Of a DNA stretch of 64,000 bases, positions 31,786-41,742 are shown in pieces. The notes beneath the pieces are model-generated. The model did not search any database. It was not told the DNA's origin and saw only the letters and a program-made list of their open reading frames with translations. Both the position numbers and the translations under genes were made by a program. The number at the start of each line of letters is the position of its first letter. Positions within the stretch are counted from its first letter, which is position 1. This stretch comes from Methanomassiliicoccaceae archaeon (GTDB taxonomy: Archaea > Thermoplasmatota > Thermoplasmata > Methanomassiliicoccales > Methanomassiliicoccaceae), in the NCBI GenBank assembly GCA_040776945.1, contig JAXGZN010000002.1, positions 576,001 through 640,000 of the forward strand. The letters are read 5' to 3'.

Positions 31786-32217
31786 ATGGTCAAGGACCGC
31801 AGGGGGTGGGGAGGCTTCTACGAATCGATCATGGCGATGATGATAGTAACCGCGGGAATCGTCCTCATTACAGCCTCCCTCACCTTCATGGCCGCTCATG
31901 AGGACAGAGGGAGAGGAGGCGGTCCGGAATGCCGGGAGGTGATAAGAGCGGTCCTGACCGATAGGACGCTGGCCCCATCGGATAGGATGCTCGACCTGCG
32001 CCAGGCGGACAAGGTAGATTGGACCTCCTTGAAAGGCGGAGCGGATATCGGTATGTCAGTTTTCCTGACGTTCGCTGACGGCACGACCCGGACGTTGTAC
32101 CGTGAGGATATGCAAGATCAGGGCGAGAGGTATTCCATCAGCGAGCCGGTGAACATATTGGAGAGAGGAGGAACGGTCTCCGCGAGCCTATTAACAGTAT
32201 GGGTGTGGTACCCCTGA
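31786..32217 (+). CDS. Putative pilin-like protein
   Basis: MVKDRRG followed by a hydrophobic helix (class III signal peptide-like). Confidence 0.55.
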   Translation: MVKDRRGWGGFYESIMAMMIVTAGIVLITASLTFMAAHEDRGRGGGPECREVIRAVLTDRTLAPSDRMLDLRQADKVDWTSLKGGADIGMSVFLTFADGTTRTLYREDMQDQGERYSISEPVNILERGGTVSASLLTVWVWYP

Positions 32218-32648
32218 AAGATCGGCTAGGGATTGCCGGACTGTTCGATGCGCTCATATTCCTAGCCGTTGCCTCCCTGGTGTCAGTCTCCCTCATTGCC
32301 ACCTTGAGCGCTCATGTAGCGCCGGTGGAGGCTGTGAACGAGAGGATCGAAGCAGCCCACACCGTACTTCTCCGTTCTACCGTGAACGATTCCCGAGGGA
32401 ACCCCTCGACCGTCGAAGAGCTGTTCAAACTGCGAGGTCCAGGTGATGGTTGCGAAGAGCATGTCACCAGTGTGCTCGACCTTCTGCTGCCGCGTTCCGG
32501 ATGGAGATGGTCCGTGGAACGAGGAGAGCATCGGTGGGCCTTCGGCTCGAAGCAGGTCCCGAACGGCGATGTCATATGCTCCATCTTCAGGGCCCCCATT
32601 GATGGACAAGAGGTGACCTATCGCCTTGAGGCATGGCCCCTTCGCTAG
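32199..32648 (+). CDS. Putative pilin-like protein
   Basis: KDRLG followed by IAGLFDALIFLAV hydrophobic helix; overlaps the upstream gene. Confidence 0.55.
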   Translation: MGVVPLKDRLGIAGLFDALIFLAVASLVSVSLIATLSAHVAPVEAVNERIEAAHTVLLRSTVNDSRGNPSTVEELFKLRGPGDGCEEHVTSVLDLLLPRSGWRWSVERGEHRWAFGSKQVPNGDVICSIFRAPIDGQEVTYRLEAWPLR

Positions 32649-33001
32649 CGGACCCGTCCCTTCCGCGCGTCCACGATGCGGCGGGCCTCTTGGTTCGTTC
32701 TGCCGAGATCAAGGTAGGAAAAGATGAAGGATAGGACGATGAGGCCGAACACCAGGGAGATGTACAGTGTTTCGTCAATGCCGGATATGAACGACGCAAG
32801 GCCCCACTCAAGGTCTCGGTGCGCGAGATAAAGTAGGGCCATGGCCGCCGCCAAGGCGCTGGTGATGTACATCGCGGCCCCATATGATGACCTACGCACC
32901 TTGATGGTCAGGGCATCACCGCGGCACTGTTCGCAACGGCCGTCCATAAGGAACGTCATTGGCCTAAGGGCATCGCACCCGGGGCAGTACTTGTACCTCA
33001 T
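32645..33001 (-). CDS. Small zinc-finger membrane protein
   Basis: CPGC/CEQC plus two TMs; directly after apgM. Confidence 0.65.
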   Translation of the reverse strand: MRYKYCPGCDALRPMTFLMDGRCEQCRGDALTIKVRRSSYGAAMYITSALAAAMALLYLAHRDLEWGLASFISGIDETLYISLVFGLIVLSFIFSYLDLGRTNQEARRIVDARKGRVR

Positions 33002-33003
33002 GC

Positions 33004-34245
33004 TCACGCTCCGAACTTCTTCGAACGGTCTGCCCGGTCGAGAAGGATCGGTAATAGGTCCTTGCCCCTTATCCTGCCCAGGGCTCCGGCAGCACACGAC
33101 ACCTCATCATAGGACCTGACACCGTCCCTGATCGACGTTTCCGAAAATATCGTGAGCGGGACAGGGTCTCCCGAATGGTCCATCCTGCTCACTGGGGTGC
33201 AGTGATCGGCGCAGAAAGCCACCACCGAACCTTCCGGCAGGCCCTTCCGGAGATCTCCTGCCATCTCGTCCAGTCGTCCGATCACCTCGATCTTGCGCCT
33301 ATGGTCGCCATCGTGGGAGGCTATGTCCGCCGCTTTGATGTTCATCAGCACGAGGTCCTTTCGGTCAAGCTCCTTCAGCGCGGTCTTGGCCTTGGACATC
33401 ATATCCGTATCAAGCCCTCCAGTCGCTCCTGGGGCATCGATTATCTCAAGGCCGCACACCCTGCAAATGCCTTTAATGAGAGATACGCCGGCCACGCAGG
33501 AGGCGGTCATGCCGTATCTTTTTTCGAACGGCTCGATGTTCGGGAACTCCCCTCCCCCCCGTGGAAGCAGGACATTGGCCGGGAGGAGCCCTTCCTTGCG
33601 CCTCCTAATGTTCACGGGATGCGCGTCCAAGACCTCATAGCTCTTCCTGACGAACTCGTTGACCGCGTCCGCAGTTCTCTGTGCTTGAGGGACCAGCGCC
33701 TTGGAGATCTGCACCTTCGCCGCGCCATGAGGGTCGGCATCGGTAACATTAGGATCAAGCCCATCTCCTTTGAGCAGAAGAACGGCCCTATGTTCGGTGG
33801 CCTCCTTGACGATAGCTTTGATGCCGTTGACCTCCAGCCCCTCAAGGGACTTGACCAGCTCCGTGGTGTCCGGCTCCTTTATGCGTCCGGCCCGGCGATC
33901 GAGAACATCCATCTTGTGGTCCACGGTGGCGAAGTTGCATCGGAAGGCGATGTCGCCCTTCCTCCCGAGAAGCCCAACGCCTGCGGCCTCGAACGGGCCT
34001 CGCCCAGTGTAGACCTCATATGGATCGTATCCAAGCAAGGCCAGGTGTGAAGTGTCCGAGCCCGGGCGGACGCCGGGAGAGATGACATCCATGCAACCCG
34101 AGGTTCCGTTACGAGCGAACCAGTCCAGATTGGTCTTCTCCGCAGATTGGAGGGGTGTACGATACCTCAATCCCTTCACCGCGCGATCGCCCAACCCGTC
34201 CATCACCACAATGAGTATCTTACCTCCGGTCTCCATCTGAACCAT
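33004..34245 (-). CDS. apgM: 2,3-bisphosphoglycerate-independent phosphoglycerate mutase (archaeal type)
   Basis: DGLGD, TPLQ, PGSDTSHL, YTGRGPFEAAG, DIASHDG, ADHCTP, HSGDPVP. Confidence 0.96.
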   Translation of the reverse strand: MVQMETGGKILIVVMDGLGDRAVKGLRYRTPLQSAEKTNLDWFARNGTSGCMDVISPGVRPGSDTSHLALLGYDPYEVYTGRGPFEAAGVGLLGRKGDIAFRCNFATVDHKMDVLDRRAGRIKEPDTTELVKSLEGLEVNGIKAIVKEATEHRAVLLLKGDGLDPNVTDADPHGAAKVQISKALVPQAQRTADAVNEFVRKSYEVLDAHPVNIRRRKEGLLPANVLLPRGGGEFPNIEPFEKRYGMTASCVAGVSLIKGICRVCGLEIIDAPGATGGLDTDMMSKAKTALKELDRKDLVLMNIKAADIASHDGDHRRKIEVIGRLDEMAGDLRKGLPEGSVVAFCADHCTPVSRMDHSGDPVPLTIFSETSIRDGVRSYDEVSCAAGALGRIRGKDLLPILLDRADRSKKFGA

Positions 34246-34290
34246 GATGTTATTGCCGGAGAGTATAAAAAAGGGTGTTAGGCCTTTCGC

Positions 34291-34668
34291 TCAGGCGGCT
34301 GACCTCGACCAGACCCCTTCGGGCAGAGATTCGTACAGCCCCATCTCCAGGTCCTCATTGACCAAGGACAAGGCCGCGAACTTTTCGATCTTCTCGATAT
34401 TTAGCCCCCAGTAGAACACCCTCCAGGTCCTCCCATTGGGAAGAACGACCTCCTCCCAACGAGTGGTCAGGAGCTGAACGTCCTGCAGGAAATAGAACAT
34501 CCTTCGGTCATCCTGATCGAGCACGTTGTCAATGATCTCGTAGTAGAACCCGAAGTAGTTTAGCATCCTCATCGAGATGTCCTCGGCGACATCATCGGTG
34601 ACCTCCATCTTGTTCTTAATCGCCCTGGTCAATGTTTCGTACGTTACTAGGTTCCTGATAGCGTTCAT
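34291..34668 (-). CDS. Conserved-looking hypothetical protein, possible winged helix
   Basis: 125 aa; GGAGAAGG RBS; motifs LNYFG..IIDNVL..DDR.MFY.L and GRTWRVFYW. Confidence 0.75.
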   Translation of the reverse strand: MNAIRNLVTYETLTRAIKNKMEVTDDVAEDISMRMLNYFGFYYEIIDNVLDQDDRRMFYFLQDVQLLTTRWEEVVLPNGRTWRVFYWGLNIEKIEKFAALSLVNEDLEMGLYESLPEGVWSRSAA

Positions 34669-34742
34669 CCCTTCTCCTCCCCTACCTATCTGTATGCACT
34701 ACTATATGAACTTAACGAATCATCCATCCAATGTGGGTACAC

Positions 34743-34758
34743 GTCGTATTTTGTCATA
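34743..34758 (-). promoter_or_regulatory. Candidate operator TATGACAAAATACGAC
   Basis: 14/16 identical to each of two copies upstream of the RHH gene (50300-50315, 50404-50419). Confidence 0.55.
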
Positions 34759-34793
34759 AATGGAAATAATATTAATGGGTTTAAAAAGGGACC

Positions 34794-35846
34794 TTAGATT
34801 ATTATTTCGCCGTCCTTGAGTATCTGGATATCGTCCACCCATATCGACGGGCTCTTTACCAAGCAATCCTGGTGGATCAATGCCGGGCCATCATTGTCGT
34901 AGTTGAACCCGATAGCGAAGTGGCATGTCTTACCGACCTTCTCGTCCTCCAACATATTGTTGACCATCTTGGCCTTGTAGTTCAGCCCTATCCCCAGCTC
35001 TCCGATGTTCCTCGCATTGCGCTCCTCGGCGACAAGCCCGTTCTCCCTTGCCCGCTTCTCCCCGCTCCTTATGACGTTGAGCAATGCTTCTGCATCAGCG
35101 CCCCCGGTGACCTTATCGATGTATCCGTTCTTGAAGTCCAGACGCACCGGCTCCTTCGGCTGCACGGCGTGAGGTATAAGGTCCAACGTGCCATCGTACA
35201 CGATGGTGCCCTTTGTCGAGCCAACGACGGGGGAGACATAGACCTCGCCGCAGGGCACGTTCCCTCCGCTTCCGGGGGTTCTGAAGTCCCCGTCGTCCGC
35301 ATAGCCTAGGCGCCCCTCTATGGAAATGGTGACATCGGTCCCTCCAGGAGCGGTCACGTGCATCGATCTTCCGGCATCGATCACCTTTTTCAGCTTTGCC
35401 GCGTCCTCTCTCATCTTTGCATAGTCGATGACCACGCATCTCTCGAAGGTATCCCTGGTCAGGGAGGGGGACCAGAACGAGCGGATCCGGCGTTCTCCGA
35501 GCATGTAGTATTGGATGTGGTCGTACTTCTTCCCGTCATGCCCGATGTAGCCGACCTTCTGCCCATAGGGGTCTTTTCCGGTCTTGAAATGAGGCACCGA
35601 AATGAAGATATCGGGTGCTTCCCTGATGGCCGCCAGTACGGCGTGCTCTGCGAACTGCAATATGGTCTTGGGCTCTTGGAGCATCATGACCGGCCTCCCA
35701 CCGAGCGCCTTGGTCTGGTCGAACAGCGCTCGGGAGATATCAAAGGAATCCCCTTCGAAGTTGGCGGCGATGACCACTTCCTCTCCTGGTCTGAGCCCGA
35801 TAACATCACGCATGGCCACTAAGGCGGCCTCTTCAAGCTTTGACAT
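34794..35846 (-). CDS. M29-family (thermophilic metalloprotease) aminopeptidase
   Basis: GNVPCGEV, NIGELGIG, LEDEK..TCHFAIG, HQD. Confidence 0.9.
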   Translation of the reverse strand: MSKLEEAALVAMRDVIGLRPGEEVVIAANFEGDSFDISRALFDQTKALGGRPVMMLQEPKTILQFAEHAVLAAIREAPDIFISVPHFKTGKDPYGQKVGYIGHDGKKYDHIQYYMLGERRIRSFWSPSLTRDTFERCVVIDYAKMREDAAKLKKVIDAGRSMHVTAPGGTDVTISIEGRLGYADDGDFRTPGSGGNVPCGEVYVSPVVGSTKGTIVYDGTLDLIPHAVQPKEPVRLDFKNGYIDKVTGGADAEALLNVIRSGEKRARENGLVAEERNARNIGELGIGLNYKAKMVNNMLEDEKVGKTCHFAIGFNYDNDGPALIHQDCLVKSPSIWVDDIQILKDGEIII

Positions 35847-36008
35847 CAGAACCCTCTAGTTCACTGATGTTCTCGGAACCGGTTCGTTAGTATAATAGAT
35901 TTGGGAGATCGTTCGTTATCCTGGGACCAGTATAGAAGAGCGCCCTGTTCTAACGATGATGAGCAGAATGGAAAAAGAGGGAAGTTGTTTACGAGCGTTG
36001 GTTCCTGC

Positions 36009-36185
36009 TTAGAACCTTCTCTCGCTGCGTGCCGGCTTGTGCTTCTGGTAGCATTCCCTGCAGTAGACCGGCCTTCCCTCAGTCGGCTTGAATGGGACCT
36101 GGGTCTCGGCTCCGCAATCGGAGCACTTCGCTGGATGCATCTCACGGGGTTCGTCGCGCCTATATCCGCCTCTTCTGTCGTTCAT
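36009..36185 (-). CDS. CxxC-x17-CxxC small zinc-binding protein
   Basis: REMHPAKCSDCG..VPFKP..GRPVYCRECY. Confidence 0.92.
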   Translation of the reverse strand: MNDRRGGYRRDEPREMHPAKCSDCGAETQVPFKPTEGRPVYCRECYQKHKPARSERRF

Positions 36186-36403
36186 ACGATTACCTGTTGC
36201 TGTTCTCCACACGCTGTTAGGACATGTGTATGCCTCTCCAATTCATAATCAGGTATAAAATAACAACTATTACGAACGCCATAATTACAAACCGAACGCT
36301 GGGTATGGCGGTCTTGGTGGTTTCCTGAAGGCATTTCTACATCCCCGCAGACCAAGCGGCATTTGATAAGATTTATATGGAAAACCGCTCATCCTTCTCT
36401 TCC

Positions 36404-36634
36404 ATGAACAAGAACGTTCTGTTGGTCCTTGTTATCATACTCACTCCGATCGTGGTCCTCGGATCCCTTGCCATGGCCGGGGCTGAGAACTTCAAGGTTC
36501 AGAAAGATAAGTTCGTGGAAGAGGAGAAGACCACTACCCATGGCGAAGGTGAATCGCTGCCATTGGCCATTGTCGAACAGTTCCGTTCGCCGTTCCTTCT
36601 CCAGGTCCCGACCTTTCTAGGGTCATCGGTCTGA
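36404..36634 (+). CDS. Small hypothetical protein with N-terminal TM/signal
   Basis: TTTATAT about 30 nt upstream; MNKN plus hydrophobic stretch. Confidence 0.45.
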   Translation: MNKNVLLVLVIILTPIVVLGSLAMAGAENFKVQKDKFVEEEKTTTHGEGESLPLAIVEQFRSPFLLQVPTFLGSSV

Positions 36635-36758
36635 ACACATCGTTCCTGACCGTCCCCGTTCCCGCGGGGCCATGTTCTTTTTTAAACGAGATCGAAATCG
36701 ATCTTCCATGTCGCTCGGCAATCGAAGGACATGAAAACAAATAGGGGCGTCGGCGAGG

Positions 36759-36983
36759 TCAGTCCTTGGTCCGGGCGGTTTTTGGCTCGGAGGTCATGAC
36801 GATCCTAACTCGCTTTCCAGGCGGGACATTGATGACGACCTCCTCCCTTATGCTCCTCTCGGACACCTCCTTCTCCTTCCTTACGCTCTTGTTCATCTTC
36901 AACATTTTCTCAGTGGGCTCATCTAGCAGCACAATGTTCAGCTGCCTTGCCTCGTCCGAAGCCGCCAATATTAGCTCTCCCAT
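36759..36983 (-). CDS. Small hypothetical protein
   Basis: AGGTGA RBS before ATG; 74 aa, charged. Confidence 0.55.
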   Translation of the reverse strand: MGELILAASDEARQLNIVLLDEPTEKMLKMNKSVRKEKEVSERSIREEVVINVPPGKRVRIVMTSEPKTARTKD

Positions 36984-37350
36984 ATTATCACCTGCCGATC
37001 GTGTACATGAATAGGGACGGACCATGCCGTTCCGGGACCACAGCATGGTCCATTATCCGCTCTATGTAAGTCTGCGACATAACTTTAAACAAACCCCTAT
37101 AGTGGACCCCTCGATAGCATTTTCTATGCATTCTATCCCGGTATAGTCATGGTCCTTGAAGTATCGAAAGGTTATAAACATTTCATGGACCTTGGACGTA
37201 TGCTTGTCTCTGGCCGGAACTGCGGTGCTATCCGAACGGTCTACGGGCTATGACGCATCCTATGCAACAGGACCATAGTCTCGTAGTTCCGGTTTGAATT
37301 CACTAGATATTATTATTAGGTTCGGGCTCAGTATTCTCATATTCGATAAT

Positions 37351-38019
37351 ATGACGGGATCGAGTCCGCCTGCTGAGCCTAAGAAAGGCTTGCCAAAAAC
37401 GCTGGTAGTCATCGCCATCGTCGCTGTGGTAGCCATAGCGGCGATAGCGGGGGCCTATATGCTGATGAACAATCCTGGACCCAACGACAAGAACGGTAAC
37501 GGGAATGGGAATAACGATAAAGGCGGTGATAATGGTAAGACACCAATATCGGCCATAGCCAATGGGGACTATATCGAGATCAAGACGACCACCGAGAACG
37601 ATACGCTCTCCATGAACTCAACAATTAGGTGGGAGGTATCTAATGTCACCGCCACGGGGTATGACATAACCATACGCATAAATTATGGCTTGTTTAACCA
37701 GACCATCACCCATCATGCCAACCTGACCGATGTCATTGGAACCGGTGCGGTAAATGATAATTATTCGATAGGTACGCTTATCGGAATTGAAACGCTTTCC
37801 ACACCAATCGGAAATAAGAAAGTGGAGCACTGGAGGATCACCGAGACAGACGATACAAATCTGACGGTGACCGACTATTACGTCGGTAAGGACACCAAAA
37901 TGGTCTATAAATTGACCATGGTGAACACTGACTCCAGCTACCCTGAGAACAATATGAACTATACGTCCGTCCTGGTCGCCACCAACATAGAGTCATTGAA
38001 AAATGGGGATAAGGCCTGA
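37351..38019 (+). CDS. Membrane-anchored surface protein, Thr/Asn-rich
   Basis: Single N-terminal TM, GN-rich linker, many N-x-S/T sequons, lower GC. Confidence 0.75.
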   Translation: MTGSSPPAEPKKGLPKTLVVIAIVAVVAIAAIAGAYMLMNNPGPNDKNGNGNGNNDKGGDNGKTPISAIANGDYIEIKTTTENDTLSMNSTIRWEVSNVTATGYDITIRINYGLFNQTITHHANLTDVIGTGAVNDNYSIGTLIGIETLSTPIGNKKVEHWRITETDDTNLTVTDYYVGKDTKMVYKLTMVNTDSSYPENNMNYTSVLVATNIESLKNGDKA

Positions 38020-38031
38020 AGTAACTACAAA

Positions 38032-38080
38032 GCGAGGCCAGACGGCCTCGCGATCATCTTATTTTTCCTTATCCTTTTCA
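38032..38080 (+). terminator. Hairpin plus T-rich terminator
   Basis: GCGAGGCC-AGAC-GGCCTCGC followed by T-tracts. Confidence 0.55.
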
Positions 38081-38647
38081 TCCATTCCACGTCGTCCGAA
38101 TCATATCCATTTCGACGAAAAGCGAGCACAAGCCTCTGTTCGTGATCTAACTGCGCTACTGCGCATCGAACAATATCATCGATGATGGTGGCTCCTCTTC
38201 ACTTGACAGTTTTCTACCATTGGTTCGTTGAAGTACCACATCAGAAACGAGGACAGCTCTGGGCGAGCAACGATCGTATCAAGATGCAGAAATGAAAGGG
38301 CTGTGTTCGAATTCCGGAGCCACACATGGTTCTCTGAAAGCTCAACCATTCATTCCATGCTGAAGCCCTCAAGTGATGACTGTTCTTCAAATATTGTGAA
38401 AAGCTTCTGATCGTCAGTCCATTCGCCCAATGATGGGGGTCGCCCTAGAGAGGCCCCTGTAAGAACCTGGCCGCTTACTGGCCGATTACAGATCGGAACC
38501 GGAGAACTATATGTCGATCCTTCTTTTTTATTTAATGGAATATTTATATATAATCAAAAAACAACATTCACAACTTACGTCTTTATTTCATTCATAAACT
38601 GGCCCGTTCAAATCCGTTTACTGAATTCGAATATTGACGGGATTAAT

Positions 38648-39142
38648 ATGGACTTGAAAGCTACGAAGATCGGAGGGTCTGGAATCATTACTGCCCTAGT
38701 AATAATTTGTTTGAGCACATTCTTGATAGCGGCCTTCACTTGGTCATCGCAGATGACCGCGTTTAAAAATCCTCAAGAAATATCACTAGGAACGCCCAGC
38801 GTTAATGAGTGGGACGCGGCTCAGTTCTTCAAAGAAAGCGTCGATTACGATATTACTATGAAAGCGAACTACAACTTCCATAGTGGAGCCAGCATAACAT
38901 ATTATATCAAAGTCATTGCCTCTGCGATACAAGGGACGATTGAACTTGGAGACTTTACTCTATCAATATCGGGAGTAACGGCGACCCTAAGTGAATCATC
39001 TGCAGGCGTATGGGTTTCGACACCTATTAGTGTTTTTAAAAATAACCCGGACGACGATATTACTATTACAATAACGCCCTCTGTTAACGCACTTGATCTT
39101 GGCATGGTTTCTTTCGAAATATCTGCACAGTCGTCTGCTTGA
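38648..39142 (+). CDS. Exported hypothetical protein, low GC
   Basis: N-terminal hydrophobic signal, Ser/Thr-rich beta-type body; TTTATATA upstream. Confidence 0.65.
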   Translation: MDLKATKIGGSGIITALVIICLSTFLIAAFTWSSQMTAFKNPQEISLGTPSVNEWDAAQFFKESVDYDITMKANYNFHSGASITYYIKVIASAIQGTIELGDFTLSISGVTATLSESSAGVWVSTPISVFKNNPDDDITITITPSVNALDLGMVSFEISAQSSA

Positions 39143-39409
39143 GCGATAAACCCCTTCCCATCATTTTTCACCCGATGTCAGAAAGTGGATCGACCGTATT
39201 GTCGGGGATAGCACTTGATGATGAGTTTCAAGAAGGTCGGCCAGCAATCGTACTCATCCGAATGATCAATAGAACGATGAAACATATCATAACGCAACTA
39301 TTGTTATTCCTTCACGACATCTTCCTCTCGACATGCAACCGGCTTCGAATTACTTCATACCTCATTTCGCCATGCCTTTCGTCCGACTTGCAACATGCCC
39401 TTAATGCGA

Positions 39410-39640
39410 AGCATAGTTTACCATGCTGACCTCGATAATAATCGATACGGCCACGATTGACTTGAGGGCAGTTATCGGTTCATTGAAAAGTAAGTACCTA
39501 GCGCAACAGCGATTATGGTGCCAAGGCCGCTCCAAATGCCATATACGACGCTGATGCGTATCCCCTCAATGATGAGGGTGAGAAATCCGAAGCAAACAAA
39601 GTAGAACACACCAACAAGATCGGTTTCCAGCATCCATTCC
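39410..39640 (-). pseudogene. SMR (EmrE/QacE-like) small multidrug transporter remnant
   Basis: Manual translation gives VVYGIWSGLGTII then, after a frameshift, LLFNEPITALK; no intact ORF; boundaries approximate. Confidence 0.7.
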
Positions 39641-39739
39641 CCGCCATCTTATGGCTTCATCATGGTTGTTCCGCCCCCTCCCCGAAGAGAAATGTCAATC
39701 CTAGATATGCCCATTCCATTACCATATCTTCTCCAGAGC

Positions 39740-40330
39740 CATAATTTGAACCCCCAAGAACCATATCAGCGATCGCATCGATTTCAATGGTGTCGCCTAT
39801 GTTTTGGGCACACACGGAACTTTGAACTGATATTCCATCAAGAACGGTGATCATGTTAGACGCTGATTCGATCTCCACATGATGGATGACCCAATGTCTT
39901 TTCTTCCATTATATGGTATTAACCTGATCTGGATAGCTTTCAAATGATGTGATGAAGCTATAACGGAGATCTTCGTTCATGTTCCATCCATCTCCGATCA
40001 ATCCGAGATGCAGTCTGGAATATCCTAGATAGCTCTTATCGAATCGATAACTGTTGATGATGAGCGCTCTGATATCCGATTCATCGTAGGTCTCGACGCG
40101 GCTATGTCATACTCCTCTCTTTGATAGGACTTCAGTGCCTGTTAACAAACAGTGTGAAAGAGCTCGTTCTTATCTCTGAAATAATGGCTAAGGGCACCCT
40201 TGGTGAGATTGGCCAAAGCAGTGAGGTCATCCCTCGATGCTCCATCCAAATCTTTCCTATATAAAGGATCAAACGCAGCGTCCACGATTTGCCCTCTGCT
40301 GCCTCCTCCCTCCTTGGTCGCGCTGAACTT
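39740..40330 (-). pseudogene. TetR-family regulator remnant
   Basis: RGQIVDAA..GAS.DDL..LANLTKGALSHYFRDKNELF HTH followed by in-frame stops; boundaries approximate. Confidence 0.65.
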
Positions 40331-40428
40331 AACTGGCCCGGAGAGAGCCGAGCCCCTACTCACCGTACATCGAGTTAGCCAGGTTGAAAACGATGGGCCG
40401 CATTCACGTCCTCTGGATTGAGAACTGC

Positions 40429-40515
40429 TGGTGCAGGGGGTGCGATTTGAACGCACGGACCACTAAGGATAGGATCCTAAGTCCTACGCCGTTGGCCAAG
40501 CTTGGCTACCCCTGC
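40429..40515 (-). tRNA. tRNA-Leu(TAG)
   Basis: GCAGGGG acceptor paired with CCCCTGC-ACCA; anticodon arm TAGGA-CTTAGGA-TCCTA; long variable arm; GTTCAAATC T-loop; encoded CCA. Confidence 0.96.
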
Positions 40516-41162
40516 GTGCTGGATGCGAATATCTGCGGGGTATTTATGCCTTGACTTGAGGAAGATACGAAATCACTTAGGCCCGATCATTTGACCACCT
40601 GACGAAGGAGATCGATGTTGGGCACATTGAGGCGTAAAGCAGAGTTGGAAAAGCGCACTGCCGAACGGCCTAGAGGAAAACGATGAGCAGAACCTCCAAG
40701 AAAGAGGCTCTCTCAGGTCCACGGGTTTTAGCGACCTACGGATGCGTGAGAACATTAGCGTTCGAGGAAAAAACTCTTTTAGAAAAGCCGGAGAGGGTTC
40801 GCGGTCCTATCGACCACCTGTCACTTACCTTGTATGGGTCGACACGGGGGCAGGAAAACAGGGTTCAGCAATATCTATATGATTTTAGCTCAATAGGCGG
40901 ACATCTCTACTATCGACCTCATCACCTATGCGCCGGCCTTGTCCGTGCACGAAAGACCTGGCCATGACATTCCAGTTTCTTATCGCTTGGGCGGGCTCAA
41001 GATTACCATCGATTGGAAAGCGCGGTCGTCAAATCCATTTCAACCGTTCCCATGCCCCGCAAGCCTTTGAGGGGCCCGGCGCTCATCATAATGGCCGTTC
41101 CCTTTTTTCACCATCTCCGACCGACCGGTCCTCCACGATGATAGCAGCCAGCGGTCCGATCG

Positions 41163-41612
41163 CTAACGATTCGTGCCCTTAGTTGCACGCTCGATCTCGG
41201 ATCCCAGCAAATGCTCCATAGAGGTCATGGCGTTCTCCCTGCTCTGAGGATATGACTTGACCTTGCCCTTGACGGCGATGACATCCTCGCCATTGGCCAG
41301 GACATAGCGTTCCTGGAACGCCTCCTGCTTGTCCAATCGGAAATAGAAGAAAGAATCATCGTCCATGCGCAGGTCGAGAGTATCGAGAAGGACCGTCAGG
41401 GACCGAGGGCCCAGGGAGCGCAGCAATGCCTTGATGTGCTTGGAGTCGCTGATCTTCGCCTCCATCACGATGATGGGATTACCGTAATATCCGGTGCTCG
41501 AGCTCCGGGTCACGGTCTCCGCGCCGGAAACGAACCGGAGCGCTCTCTCCACCTTCGCGGGGTCCTCGGTGCCGTGAGCGAACGTGCGAAAGGATAGGTT
41601 GGCAATGTCCAC
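41163..41612 (-). CDS. Archaeal RNA-binding protein (DUF54 type)
   Basis: HGTEDPAKV, GYYGNPI, FYFRLDKQEA. Confidence 0.88.
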   Translation of the reverse strand: MDIANLSFRTFAHGTEDPAKVERALRFVSGAETVTRSSSTGYYGNPIIVMEAKISDSKHIKALLRSLGPRSLTVLLDTLDLRMDDDSFFYFRLDKQEAFQERYVLANGEDVIAVKGKVKSYPQSRENAMTSMEHLLGSEIERATKGTNR

Positions 41613-41742
41613 GAATGTCCATGCAACTAGCGGATATTATTCATTTCCGTCCTGGGGCAGCGTATCCCAACGGAACAATTGCTCCGCAACCTTAAAATCG
41701 CCATTTCCATAATCGTTGAAGGAAGCAAGCGAGGTCAGAAGA

